Shown in pieces: positions 39,035-48,479 of a stretch of DNA of 64,000 bases. Origin of the DNA: an uncultured Alphaproteobacteria bacterium. Its GTDB lineage: Bacteria; Pseudomonadota; Alphaproteobacteria; Micavibrionales; UBA2020. Where the stretch lies: assembly GCA_966211335.1 (NCBI GenBank), contig CBIHNF010000001.1, positions 151,079 to 215,078 on the forward strand, written 5' to 3'. Made by a program: the position numbers and the translations under genes. The notes under the pieces were generated by a model. It did not search any database. It saw nothing but the letters and a program-made list of their open reading frames with translations, and was not told the origin of the DNA. Numbering within the stretch: the first letter of the stretch is position 1; each line of letters starts with the position of its first letter.

Positions 39035-39352
39035 ATGTCCGATGAAAATACCGAAACCTTTGAAAAGCTGAACGATTATACGCTGTCAGTGCGCACCAAT
39101 TTTTCCCATCAGCCGGAGAGCGACCCGACGCTGCGGCGTATTTTTAACTTCCGTGCGTGCCAAGTGACGGAGATTTACAGCGTCTGGTACAGCGAAGCTG
39201 TCAGCACCACGATGCTGCAAACCCGCTTCAGCGACCTCGACAGCCAGGACGAGGCGGAGCTGCTGCGGGACAAGCTGCGCAGCATGGGCGGCCGCCCGCC
39301 GGAAAGCGCACCGCCGCGCACCCTACCCGGCAAAAATTCTCTCCATCCCTAA
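39035..39352 (+). CDS. Small protein, paralog 5 (most divergent) of a five-member tandem family
   Basis: Family motifs: LNDYTLSV; RRIFNFRACQVTEI; RFSDLDSQDEAELLRDKLRSMGGRPPES. Confidence 0.65.
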   Translation: MSDENTETFEKLNDYTLSVRTNFSHQPESDPTLRRIFNFRACQVTEIYSVWYSEAVSTTMLQTRFSDLDSQDEAELLRDKLRSMGGRPPESAPPRTLPGKNSLHP

Positions 39353-39367
39353 ACCCCCGCGCTGCAC

Positions 39368-39396
39368 AAAAAAGCCTTATTTAATCAGGCCTTTTT
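39368..39396 (+). terminator. Weak hairpin plus T-run after the paralog array
   Basis: AAAAAAGCCT-tatttaatc-AGGCCTTTTT forms a short bulged stem followed by a T-run. Confidence 0.3.
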
Positions 39397-39409
39397 GCAC
39401 ATCTACGCG

Positions 39410-39438
39410 TTGACGCATTTTTAGCGCCGCGATACATT
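39410..39438 (+). promoter_or_regulatory. Sigma70-like promoter candidate for the dcw cluster (TTGACG-17-TACATT)
   Basis: TTGACG at 39410-39415, a 17-nt spacer and TACATT at 39433-39438, directly upstream of rsmH. Confidence 0.45.
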
Positions 39439-39452
39439 GAAAGCAGCGTTGA

Positions 39453-40562
39453 ATGTCGCAGGGTTTTCCACTTTTGGGGGTGTGGCCTGCCGTTCGGCAA
39501 AAAATAAAAAACTTGGAGTTTCCGGGGCATCGTTCCCCGGGAGCCGTCATCGGGGTTGCACTGCAGTTGAAGAAGACGTCACCGTCAAAAGTCGCCGCCA
39601 CAAGCGGAACGACCGGTCATATTCCGGTCATGCTGGCCGAGGTGCTTGAAACCCTCAGCCCCCGCGACGGGGGCGTGTATGTGGACGGCACCTTCGGCGC
39701 GGGCGGCTATACCCGCGCGATACTCGAGGCCGCCGACTGCACCGTCTACGCGATCGACCGCGACCCCGCCGCCATCGAGCGCGCGAAACCCTTTCAAAAA
39801 CAATACGGCGACAAGCTTCAAATGCTGCACGGTTGCTTCGGCGATGCGGAAAACCTGCTGGCGGCGGCGGGCGTAGAGAGCATCGACGGCTTCGTTCTTG
39901 ACCTTGGCGTCTCCTCCATCCAGCTGGAAACGCCGGAGCGCGGCTTTTCCTTCCAGTCGGATGGACCCTTGGACATGCGCATGAGCCTTGCCGGCCTCAG
40001 CGCCCGCGATGTCGTCAACAAGGCGGCGGAAAAAGACCTTGCCGATATACTGTTCACCTATGGCGAAGAACGCGCCAGCCGCGCGATTGCCAAAAAAATC
40101 GTCGCCGCCCGCGCGTTGAGCCCCATAGAGACGACGCTGCAGCTCGTCGATGTCATCCACAGCGTGCTGCCGATGCACGGCGGCCTTAAAACCGATACCG
40201 CGACCCGGACCTTTCAGGCGCTCCGCATCTACGTCAATGACGAGCTGGGGGAGCTGGAGCGGGCGCTGGACGCCGCCGAAAATCTGCTGGCGATCGACGG
40301 ACGCCTCGTCGTCGTCTCCTTCCACTCGCTGGAAGACTGGCGCGTGAAAAACTTCTTCCGCGAAAAATCGGGGCGCGAACCCAATGCTTCCCGCCACCTG
40401 CCGCAGCGGCCCGATGCGCCGGTGCCGAGCTTCCGCATGGAAGCGAACAACGGCGTGAAGCCGTCGCAGGAAGAGATTTCAAGAAACGCGCGCTCGCGTT
40501 CGGCGCACCTGCGCTACGGCATTCGCACTTCGGCACCTGTCATGGAGGCGCGGCATGCGTAA
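39453..40562 (+). CDS. rsmH: 16S rRNA (cytosine1402-N4)-methyltransferase RsmH (MraW)
   Basis: HIPVMLAEVLETL...GVYVDGTFGAGGYTRAIL...DLGVSSIQLE...RGFSF..DGPLDMRM...SFHSLEDWRVK are canonical. The true start is probably internal, since conserved sequence begins about 55 codons in. Confidence 0.92.
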   Translation: MSQGFPLLGVWPAVRQKIKNLEFPGHRSPGAVIGVALQLKKTSPSKVAATSGTTGHIPVMLAEVLETLSPRDGGVYVDGTFGAGGYTRAILEAADCTVYAIDRDPAAIERAKPFQKQYGDKLQMLHGCFGDAENLLAAAGVESIDGFVLDLGVSSIQLETPERGFSFQSDGPLDMRMSLAGLSARDVVNKAAEKDLADILFTYGEERASRAIAKKIVAARALSPIETTLQLVDVIHSVLPMHGGLKTDTATRTFQALRIYVNDELGELERALDAAENLLAIDGRLVVVSFHSLEDWRVKNFFREKSGREPNASRHLPQRPDAPVPSFRMEANNGVKPSQEEISRNARSRSAHLRYGIRTSAPVMEARHA

Positions 40563-41337
40563 GACGACCCTGCTCTGGCTGTTCTTGGCCGCGATCTGCG
40601 GCGGCATGCTGTTCCACACCAGCCAGCAGGTGACGGACGGCCGCACAAAACTCGCCTCCATAGAAGCCGCAACGCAGAAGGAAGATGAATCCCTGCGCGT
40701 CCTGCAGGCGGAATGGAGCTACCTGAACCAGCCCGACCGGCTGGAAAAACTCTCGAAGCAGTATCTCGACCTTGCACCCTTAAAGGGCAAGCAGTTCGCC
40801 AAGGTCGCCGACCTTGAAGCAAAACCGGCCAGCGCGAAAGCAGATGACGTCGCCGCCCCCGTGATTGCCGATGAAGGGAATGGCACCGCAACGCTGCCCG
40901 TACCGGATGAAAAAGTGGATATCGCAAAAACGGAAGTCGCGAAAACAGAGAATACAAAACCCGCGCCCGCCAAACCGGAACTGGCCCTGACCCCCGTAGT
41001 GCCCGCAAAACCGCTGCCGCTGAAAATTGAAAAAGCCTCCGGCGATGAACTTGTCTCGCCGCTGAAAGCGCAAGCGAAACCGGCCACGCCGAAAACCGCG
41101 ACAGCTTCTGCCGCCTCCGTTGCCCATGCGCCTTTGCGCGGCTATGTCTATTCACCGCCAAAGCCGGCGGCCCTGCGCGGCGGCGTTTATCACCCGCCCG
41201 CAAAACCCGCGGCTGGAAAAGTATCGCCGGTTTATAACTACAAAGCCCCCAGCTACCCCACCCTTCAGGGCGCGACCGGCGGCCAGCGCGACTTCGGCGA
41301 TGTGATCAAAAGCCTTGGCGGGAGCCCCCACCCATGA
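40555..41337 (+). CDS. ftsL: Cell division protein FtsL-like, with a long Pro/Ala/Lys-rich C-terminal extension
   Basis: It occupies the position between rsmH and ftsI. An N-terminal TM helix (LLWLFLAAICGGMLF) is followed by a coiled-coil (LRVLQAEWSYLNQPDRLEKLSKQYLDL), as in alphaproteobacterial FtsL. About 170 further residues of low-complexity PAKP-type sequence follow. Confidence 0.75.
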   Translation: MRKTTLLWLFLAAICGGMLFHTSQQVTDGRTKLASIEAATQKEDESLRVLQAEWSYLNQPDRLEKLSKQYLDLAPLKGKQFAKVADLEAKPASAKADDVAAPVIADEGNGTATLPVPDEKVDIAKTEVAKTENTKPAPAKPELALTPVVPAKPLPLKIEKASGDELVSPLKAQAKPATPKTATASAASVAHAPLRGYVYSPPKPAALRGGVYHPPAKPAAGKVSPVYNYKAPSYPTLQGATGGQRDFGDVIKSLGGSPHP

Positions 41338-43070
41338 GCGAATATGAAGATAACGACCAGACCATCCCCGGTACGCAATCAAGCGTGCTGGGTCAGGCAA
41401 AATTGCGCCTGATCATGGTGGCGGGACTTTTACTGCTCGGCTATACCGCCATTTCGCTGCGCCTTGTCGACCTGACGCTGCTGCGCTCCAAACCCGTGCA
41501 GCAGGTGGCGGTTGATCCTGAAACCGATGTGCGACCGCTGGACAAACCCCTCCGCGGGACCATCCTCGACCGTAACGGGGAGCTCGTCGCAACCTCGCTT
41601 GCCATGGCTTCTGTCTATGCGGATACGACGGCGATCGACAACAAGGCACAGGTGGCAAAAGAACTCAGCGCCATCCTGACGGACGCGAGCCAGGAAGAAC
41701 TGCTGCGGAAATTATCCTCCGGCAAAAAATTCATCTGGATCGAGCGCAACATTACGCCGAAGCAGGAATATGCCATCAACGCGCTCGGCCAGCCCGGCCT
41801 TTCCTTCCAGGATGAAGACCGCCGCATTTATCCCGGCGCCAGCCTCACCTCACACCTCATCGGCTATACCGACGTCGACGGCCACGGCATTTCCGGCATC
41901 GAGAAGTTTGCCAACAAGCAGCTGGAAAAAGGCGACGAGCCGGTGAAGCTGACCATCGACCTCCGCGTGCAGCACATCATGCACCGCGAACTTGCCGCCA
42001 GCATCGCCAAGTTCCACGCCAAGGCCGGCATGGGCATTGTGATGGATGTGAATACGGGCGAAATCATTTCCATGGTCTCCCTGCCGGACTTCGACCCGCA
42101 CCACCCCGGCGATTCCTCCGATGACGCGAAATTCAACCGCGATACGCTCGGCGTTTTCGAGATGGGCTCGACCTTCAAGCTGTTCTCCATCGCCTCGGCG
42201 CTTGACAGCGGCAAGGTGAATTTTGGCTCCAGCTTTGATGCGGGCGAGCCTATTCATTACGGCCGCTTCACCATTACCGACTATCACGCTAAGAAACGTG
42301 TCCTCTCCGTCCCTGAAATTTTCATCTATTCCTCCAACATCGGCACCGCGCGCATGGCGGCGGCGGTGGGCGGCGACCATCTGGAAAACTTCTATAAATC
42401 GATCGGCTTTTTTGCGCCTGTGCCCGTGGAATTGCCCGAGCGCGGCCAGCCACTGTACCCGAAGCCGTGGCGCGATATTTCGACCCTCACCTGCTCCTTC
42501 GGCCACGGCATTGCGGTGTCGCCGCTGCATGTCATCCGCGCGGCTTCGGCGCTGGTCAACGGCGGCATCCTGGTGACGCCGACGCTGCTGAAGAAGGATA
42601 CCGAAAATTTAAGCCTGACGCCTGAAGGCGAGCGCGTGATCAAGCCGCAAACATCCCTTATGATGCGCCAGCTGATGGCGCTGAACGTGGCGGATGGTTC
42701 GGGCGCGCAGGCGGCGGTGGACGGCTACAACGTCGGCGGCAAGACCGGTACGGCGGAGAAAAACAAAAACGGGCGGTACGAACATAACCTTCTCGTTTCC
42801 TCCTTCATGGGCGCCTTTCCGATCGACAATCCGCGTTATGCCGTGCTGACGATATTGGACGAGCCGCAGGGCATTCCCGAAACGCATGGTTTCGCCACCG
42901 CCGGCTGGACCGCCGCGCCCGTCGTCTCCAAAGTTGTCGAACAAATGGCGCCGCTCTACCACATTTCACCCGCGCTTGATTCCCGCCCCGATATTTTGCG
43001 GGAAATGGGCATGTACCTGAAAGAAGTCAAAGAAGGAAAAAGCCTTGCAGCTACTGGATATGATCGCTGA
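41334..43070 (+). CDS. ftsI: Peptidoglycan D,D-transpeptidase FtsI (PBP3)
   Basis: The transpeptidase motifs STFK (GSTFKLFS), SSN (YSSNIG) and KTGT (GGKTGTAEK) are present, in dcw position. Confidence 0.95.
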   Translation: MSEYEDNDQTIPGTQSSVLGQAKLRLIMVAGLLLLGYTAISLRLVDLTLLRSKPVQQVAVDPETDVRPLDKPLRGTILDRNGELVATSLAMASVYADTTAIDNKAQVAKELSAILTDASQEELLRKLSSGKKFIWIERNITPKQEYAINALGQPGLSFQDEDRRIYPGASLTSHLIGYTDVDGHGISGIEKFANKQLEKGDEPVKLTIDLRVQHIMHRELAASIAKFHAKAGMGIVMDVNTGEIISMVSLPDFDPHHPGDSSDDAKFNRDTLGVFEMGSTFKLFSIASALDSGKVNFGSSFDAGEPIHYGRFTITDYHAKKRVLSVPEIFIYSSNIGTARMAAAVGGDHLENFYKSIGFFAPVPVELPERGQPLYPKPWRDISTLTCSFGHGIAVSPLHVIRAASALVNGGILVTPTLLKKDTENLSLTPEGERVIKPQTSLMMRQLMALNVADGSGAQAAVDGYNVGGKTGTAEKNKNGRYEHNLLVSSFMGAFPIDNPRYAVLTILDEPQGIPETHGFATAGWTAAPVVSKVVEQMAPLYHISPALDSRPDILREMGMYLKEVKEGKSLAATGYDR

Positions 43071-44520
43071 CCTTGACGCGCCCAAAGGCGCGGGCGGCGT
43101 TAACATCACCGGCCTCACCTCTGACTCGCGCGAGGTGCGCGCAGGGTATCTGTTCGCCGCCTTCCCCGGCACGAAGCAGGACGGCCGCCAGTTCGTGAAA
43201 GACGCGATTGCCAAGGGCGCCGTTGCCGTGCTGGTACCGGAAGGCACCGTCGTCGATGAGCCGGGCAGCGCCATCATCATCAGCGATAAAAACCCGCGCC
43301 AGCGCTTTGCGCGCATGGCGGCCGCGTATTTTGGCAAGCAGATGGATGTCGTGGTCGCCGTGACCGGCACCAACGGCAAAAGCTCGACCGTCAATTTCTG
43401 CCGCCAGATGTGGCAATCGATGGAACATGCCGCCGCATCGCTCGGCACCATCGGCATCATCGCCCCCGGCATTAACCGCGCAGGCTCTCTCACCACGCCG
43501 GACCCCGTGACGCTGCATTCCGAAATCGCGGAGCTGGAAGCATCCGGCGTCACGCACCTCGCGCTTGAAGCCTCGAGCCAGGGGATGGACCAGTTCCGCC
43601 TTGACGGGTTGCAGCTGACTGCTGCGGGTTTCACCAACCTGACGCGCGATCACCTGGATTATCACGGCACGATGGACAATTACTTCGCGGCCAAGGCGCG
43701 GCTGTTCACCGAAATGCTGCCGCCCACCGGCATCGCCATCATCAACGCCGACAGTCCGGAGGCGGGAAAATTACGTGACCTTTGCAAAGCGCGCGGCATC
43801 CGCGTCATCGATTACGGCCGCGCGGCGAATGACATTAAACTTGTGCAGCGCAAGCCGTTGCCGGACGGCCAGTTCATCGAACTGAAACTGTTTGGCGAAC
43901 GCTATGAACTTGAATTGCCCCTCGTCGGCGACTTCCAGGCGGAAAACGCGCTGTGTGCGCTCGGCCTTGTGCTGGCGGAAGACCCCGATAACCGCCTGCT
44001 GCATATGCAGGGCGTCTATGCGCTCGAGCGCCTGCAAAGCGTGCGCGGCAGGCTGGAATTTGCGGCCAAGCACCCGAATGGCGCCGCCATTTACGTTGAT
44101 TACGCGCATACGCCGGACGGATTGGAAGTGATGCTGAAGGCGCTCCGCCCGCATACGCCGCGCCACCTGCATGTCGTCTTCGGCTGCGGCGGCGACCGCG
44201 ATAAGGGCAAGCGCCCGATGATGGGCGAGATTGCCGCCCGCGTTGCCGATAAAGTCTATGTGACGGACGACAACCCCCGCACGGAAGATGCCGCCATGGT
44301 GCGCGCCGATATCATGAAGGGCGTTGCCGGCAGCCCGAAGGTCAAAGAAATTGCCGGCCGCCGTGACGCCATCCGCGAAGCGATCCGCCACCTCGGCCCC
44401 GACGATGTGCTGGTGATTGCCGGCAAGGGCCATGAGCAGGGCCAGATTGTGGGCAAGGAAGTATTGCCCTTTGACGATGTAACCGAAGCCAAAGCGGCTG
44501 TACTGGAAGTGACGAAATGA
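43045..44520 (+). CDS. murE: UDP-N-acetylmuramoyl-L-alanyl-D-glutamate--2,6-diaminopimelate ligase
   Basis: SDSREV, VTGTNGKSST and DYAHTPDGLE are present, with the DNPR motif (TDDNPRTED) typical of mDAP-adding MurE. The start is uncertain (TTG at 43045 or ATG at 43060). Confidence 0.95.
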   Translation: MQLLDMIADLDAPKGAGGVNITGLTSDSREVRAGYLFAAFPGTKQDGRQFVKDAIAKGAVAVLVPEGTVVDEPGSAIIISDKNPRQRFARMAAAYFGKQMDVVVAVTGTNGKSSTVNFCRQMWQSMEHAAASLGTIGIIAPGINRAGSLTTPDPVTLHSEIAELEASGVTHLALEASSQGMDQFRLDGLQLTAAGFTNLTRDHLDYHGTMDNYFAAKARLFTEMLPPTGIAIINADSPEAGKLRDLCKARGIRVIDYGRAANDIKLVQRKPLPDGQFIELKLFGERYELELPLVGDFQAENALCALGLVLAEDPDNRLLHMQGVYALERLQSVRGRLEFAAKHPNGAAIYVDYAHTPDGLEVMLKALRPHTPRHLHVVFGCGGDRDKGKRPMMGEIAARVADKVYVTDDNPRTEDAAMVRADIMKGVAGSPKVKEIAGRRDAIREAIRHLGPDDVLVIAGKGHEQGQIVGKEVLPFDDVTEAKAAVLEVTK

Positions 44521-45986
44521 CGGACGAGAAACCAAACCTCTGGACCGGCACGGAAGCCGCCGCGGCAACCCATGGCGCGATGAGCCATGATTTCAAAGTC
44601 ACCGGCGTCTCCATCGACTCCCGCAGCATCAAGCCGGGCGACCTGTTCGTCGCGCTGAAGGGGGAGAATTTCGACGGCCACAACTTTGTCGATGCCGCTT
44701 TCAAGGCAGGTGCCGGCGCGGCGCTGGTCGCCAAATCCTATGCGCCTGCTGCGGGCGGCGCACTGCTGCGCGTCGATGAAACGCTGGCCGCCATGGAAGA
44801 CCTCGCCAAGGCCGCGCGTGACCGCACCAAGGCCGTCGTCATCGGCGTCACGGGCTCGGCCGGTAAGACGGGCACGAAGGAACTCCTGTCCATCATGCTC
44901 TCGGCCCTTGGCGAAACCCACGCCTCCAAGAAAAGCTTCAACAACCACTGGGGCGTGCCGCTCTCCCTCTCCAACCTGCCGCGCGAGGCAAAATACGCCG
45001 TCTTTGAAATGGGCATGAACCATTCAGGCGAAATGGCGGCACTGACGAAACAGGTGCGCCCGAACATCGCCCTTATCACCACCATCGAGCCTGCGCATAT
45101 CGAGCATTTCAAAACCGTCGAGCAGATTGCCGACGCCAAGGCCGAAATCTTCCAGAGCATGGATGAAAGCGGCATTGCGGTTTTAAATCAGGACAATCCG
45201 CATTTCGCGCGCCTGCGCGCCGCGGCGGAGCGTGCCGGCATCCGCAAAATCTACGGCTTCGGCGAAGATGATGCGGCGCAGTCGCGCCTTGTCGATTGCA
45301 TGCTGCATGCCGATTCATCGCGCGTCACCGCCGATATTCTGGGCGAGCGCGTGAAATTCAAGCTCAACATTCCCGGCAAGCATATTGTGCTGAATTCGCT
45401 CGGCGCGCTCACTGTTGTTAAAGCCGCCGGTGGCAATCTGCAGCAGGCGGTGGAAGCGCTCCGCAATTCCGAGCCCACGGAAGGCCGCGGCAACCGCCAT
45501 TCGATTGTGCTGGAGGAAGGCAAACCGCCGCTCACCATCATCGACGAAAGCTATAACGCCAACCCCGCCTCCATGCTGGCGGCGTTCAAGGTGTTTGAAA
45601 TGGTCAACCCCGTGCCGGGCGGCCGCCGCATTGCGGTGCTGGGCGATATGCTGGAGCTTGGCAAAGACGGCCCCCGCCTGCATGCGGAGCTGGCAAACCC
45701 GCTCTTACGCGCGAAAACCGATTTGCTGTTCTGCTGCGGCCCGCAGATGGACGCGCTCTATCAGGCGCTGCCCGAACCCTGGCGCGGCGGCCATGCGGAT
45801 GACAGCCGCGCCCTTGCAAAAAAACTGCTGGAGGCCGTAAAGCCCGGCGATGTCCTGCTGGTGAAAGGCTCCGCCGGCAGCAAGATGGGATATATCGTGC
45901 ATGCGCTGCAGGCGCAGGCCCCCGCCCGCGCCAAGCCGACAGGCCCCGGTGCGGCGGATAAAGAAGGACAAACCGATGCTATATAA
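44517..45986 (+). CDS. murF: UDP-N-acetylmuramoyl-tripeptide--D-alanyl-D-alanine ligase
   Basis: [47 protein letters not shown] and LVKGS are present. A short Ala/Pro-rich C-terminal tail overlaps the mraY start. Confidence 0.95.
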   Translation: MTDEKPNLWTGTEAAAATHGAMSHDFKVTGVSIDSRSIKPGDLFVALKGENFDGHNFVDAAFKAGAGAALVAKSYAPAAGGALLRVDETLAAMEDLAKAARDRTKAVVIGVTGSAGKTGTKELLSIMLSALGETHASKKSFNNHWGVPLSLSNLPREAKYAVFEMGMNHSGEMAALTKQVRPNIALITTIEPAHIEHFKTVEQIADAKAEIFQSMDESGIAVLNQDNPHFARLRAAAERAGIRKIYGFGEDDAAQSRLVDCMLHADSSRVTADILGERVKFKLNIPGKHIVLNSLGALTVVKAAGGNLQQAVEALRNSEPTEGRGNRHSIVLEEGKPPLTIIDESYNANPASMLAAFKVFEMVNPVPGGRRIAVLGDMLELGKDGPRLHAELANPLLRAKTDLLFCCGPQMDALYQALPEPWRGGHADDSRALAKKLLEAVKPGDVLLVKGSAGSKMGYIVHALQAQAPARAKPTGPGAADKEGQTDAI

Positions 45987-47061
45987 CCTCCTGTTCCCGC
46001 TGGCGTCTGACTGGCAGATCTTCAACCTGTTCAAATACGTCAGCTTCCGCACCGGCGGCGCGATCATGACGGCGATGATCATCTCCTTCGCCATCGGCCC
46101 CTTCTTCATCCGCTGGCTGAAATCGAAACAGGGCGAAGGCCAGCCTATCCGCGCGGACGGGCCCGAAACCCATTTCAAGAAAAAGGGCACGCCCACCATG
46201 GGCGGGCTGATGATATTATTCTCCGTCACCCTCTCGACGCTGCTCTGGGTGAATATTTTCAACCCCTATATGTGGCTGGTGCTTTTCGTCTTCATCGGCT
46301 TTGGCGCGATCGGCTTTTGCGATGATTACGCGAAGCTGACCAAAAGCGGCCATAAGGGCCTGCCCGGCAAGATGCGGCTGTTTTTGGAAAGCTCGATTGC
46401 GCTGGTGGCGGTCCTCTCCATCATGAACCTCACCGTCGGCCCGCTCGGCACCAGCCTTGCGTTTCCGTTCTTCAAGGACTTTTTGCTCGACCTTGGTTAC
46501 TTCTTCGTGCCGCTCGGCATTCTTGTCATCGTCGGCGGCGCCAATGCGGTGAACCTGACGGATGGTCTGGACGGCCTTGCCATCGGCCCGATCATGATTA
46601 CGGCGGCAAGCTTTGGCGTTATTTCCTATCTCGTCGGACACTATGAATTCGCCAACTACCTGCAGATCCACTACGTGAAAGATGCCGGTGAATTATCCGT
46701 CTTCTGCGGCGCGCTGGTGGGGGCAGGCCTCGGCTTCCTCTGGTTTAACGCACCGCCGGCGGCGGTCTTTATGGGTGACACAGGCTCCCTCTCCATGGGC
46801 GGTGCACTTGGCACCCTAGCCGTTATCACTAAGCATGAAATCGTTCTTGGCATTATCGGCGGCTTGTTCGTCATCGAAACTTTGTCCGTCATCATTCAGG
46901 TCGTGTCCTTCAAGACGCGCGGCAAGCGTGTGTTTAAAATGGCGCCGATCCACCATCACTTTGAAAAAATGGGCTGGCCGGAAACGAAGGTCGTCATCCG
47001 CTTCTGGATCATCTCGATCATCTTCGCGCTGATCGGCCTTTCAACGCTGAAGCTGAGGTAA
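45976..47061 (+). CDS. mraY: Phospho-N-acetylmuramoyl-pentapeptide transferase
   Basis: MLYNLLFPL...[11 protein letters not shown]...KKGTPTMGG...[13 protein letters not shown]...MGDTGSL...APIHHHFE. Confidence 0.96.
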   Translation: MLYNLLFPLASDWQIFNLFKYVSFRTGGAIMTAMIISFAIGPFFIRWLKSKQGEGQPIRADGPETHFKKKGTPTMGGLMILFSVTLSTLLWVNIFNPYMWLVLFVFIGFGAIGFCDDYAKLTKSGHKGLPGKMRLFLESSIALVAVLSIMNLTVGPLGTSLAFPFFKDFLLDLGYFFVPLGILVIVGGANAVNLTDGLDGLAIGPIMITAASFGVISYLVGHYEFANYLQIHYVKDAGELSVFCGALVGAGLGFLWFNAPPAAVFMGDTGSLSMGGALGTLAVITKHEIVLGIIGGLFVIETLSVIIQVVSFKTRGKRVFKMAPIHHHFEKMGWPETKVVIRFWIISIIFALIGLSTLKLR

Positions 47062-47063
47062 TT

Positions 47064-48479
47064 GTGATCGACCTCTCGCCCCTTAAAGACAAAATCAACG
47101 GCAAGCCGGTGCTCATCGTCGGCCTTGGCAAATCCGGCATGCCGGTTTTTGATGCCTGCCAGGCTGCCGGCATTGATACGATTTTGTGGGATGATAACGA
47201 GGCGAGCCGCAAGGCCGCCGTGGACAAAGGCGCCAAGGTTCAAGACCCCAAAGATATCGATTTTTCGACCATCGCCTTCATTTGTCTCTCGCCGGGCATT
47301 CCGCTGACGCACCCGAAGCCGCACCCCGCCGTACTGCAGGCGAAAGCCGCCAATGTTGAGGTGCTTGGCGATATTGAATTGTTCCACCGCGCCAAGCCGC
47401 GCGCCAAAACCATCGGCATCACCGGCACCAACGGCAAGTCGACGACGACGGCTCTGATCGGTCATATTTTAAAAGAAGCGAAAGTGCCCTCCGCCGTCGG
47501 CGGTAATATTGGCGAAGCAGTGTTGACGCTGCCGGACTTGCCCGACGACGGCGTTTATGTGCTCGAAATGTCGTCCTACCAGACCGACCTTTCCACAACC
47601 TTCGCGCCGAATATTTCGCTGCTCGTGAATTTAAGCCCCGACCATCTTGATCGCCACGGCGATATGGCCGGCTACATTGCCGCGAAAGAGCGCATGTTCC
47701 GCGGGCCCGGCACGGCCGTCATCAGCATGGATGATGATTTCTGCACCGGGGTTTATGACCGCGTCAAAAAGCAGGCGCAGCGCAAGATTGTCGCCATATC
47801 CACCATCCGCCCCATGATGCATGGCGTTTTTGCCTCGAAAGAAGGCGCGCTGTTTGACGGTAAAGACAAGGTCATGGACTTGAATACCGCCAAAGCCCTG
47901 CCGGGCCAGCACAACTGGCAGAATGCAGCCCTTGCCTATGTCGCCTGCCGTGAAGTGGGCGTGCCGGCGGAATTGATTGTGAAGGGCATGCAAAGTTTCC
48001 CGGGGCTTGCCCACCGGCAGAATTTCGTCCTCGCCATTGGCGGCGTCAGCTTTATTAACGACAGCAAGGCGACCAACGACCAGGCGGCCGCTATGGCCCT
48101 TCGCACCTACAGCCCCATTTACTGGATTGCGGGCGGCAAGCCGAAGGATGGTCATTACCCGGATTGCGAAAAGCACCTGAATAACGTGCGCCACGCCTTT
48201 TTGATTGGCGAGGCGGAGGAGGCCATGGCCGAGTGGCTGACCGGCAAAAACATTCCCGTCACGCGCTGCGGCACCATGGACAAAGCGATTGAAGCCGCCT
48301 TCAAACTGGCTGCGGAAGAGAGGCTCGATAAATCCTTCGTCCTTCTCTCCCCCGCCTGCGCAAGCTTTGACCAGTACAAAAACTTCGAGCAGCGCGGCGA
48401 AGCCTTTGTCGCGCTGGTGAAACAGTTGAAAGCCGCGCAGCCGGAAACCGTGAAATCCCAAAAAGGAGCCTCGGCATGA
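47064..48479 (+). CDS. murD: UDP-N-acetylmuramoylalanine--D-glutamate ligase
   Basis: GLGKSG, ITGTNGKSTTTAL and NDSKATN are present, in dcw position. The start codon is GTG. Confidence 0.94.
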   Translation: MIDLSPLKDKINGKPVLIVGLGKSGMPVFDACQAAGIDTILWDDNEASRKAAVDKGAKVQDPKDIDFSTIAFICLSPGIPLTHPKPHPAVLQAKAANVEVLGDIELFHRAKPRAKTIGITGTNGKSTTTALIGHILKEAKVPSAVGGNIGEAVLTLPDLPDDGVYVLEMSSYQTDLSTTFAPNISLLVNLSPDHLDRHGDMAGYIAAKERMFRGPGTAVISMDDDFCTGVYDRVKKQAQRKIVAISTIRPMMHGVFASKEGALFDGKDKVMDLNTAKALPGQHNWQNAALAYVACREVGVPAELIVKGMQSFPGLAHRQNFVLAIGGVSFINDSKATNDQAAAMALRTYSPIYWIAGGKPKDGHYPDCEKHLNNVRHAFLIGEAEEAMAEWLTGKNIPVTRCGTMDKAIEAAFKLAAEERLDKSFVLLSPACASFDQYKNFEQRGEAFVALVKQLKAAQPETVKSQKGASA

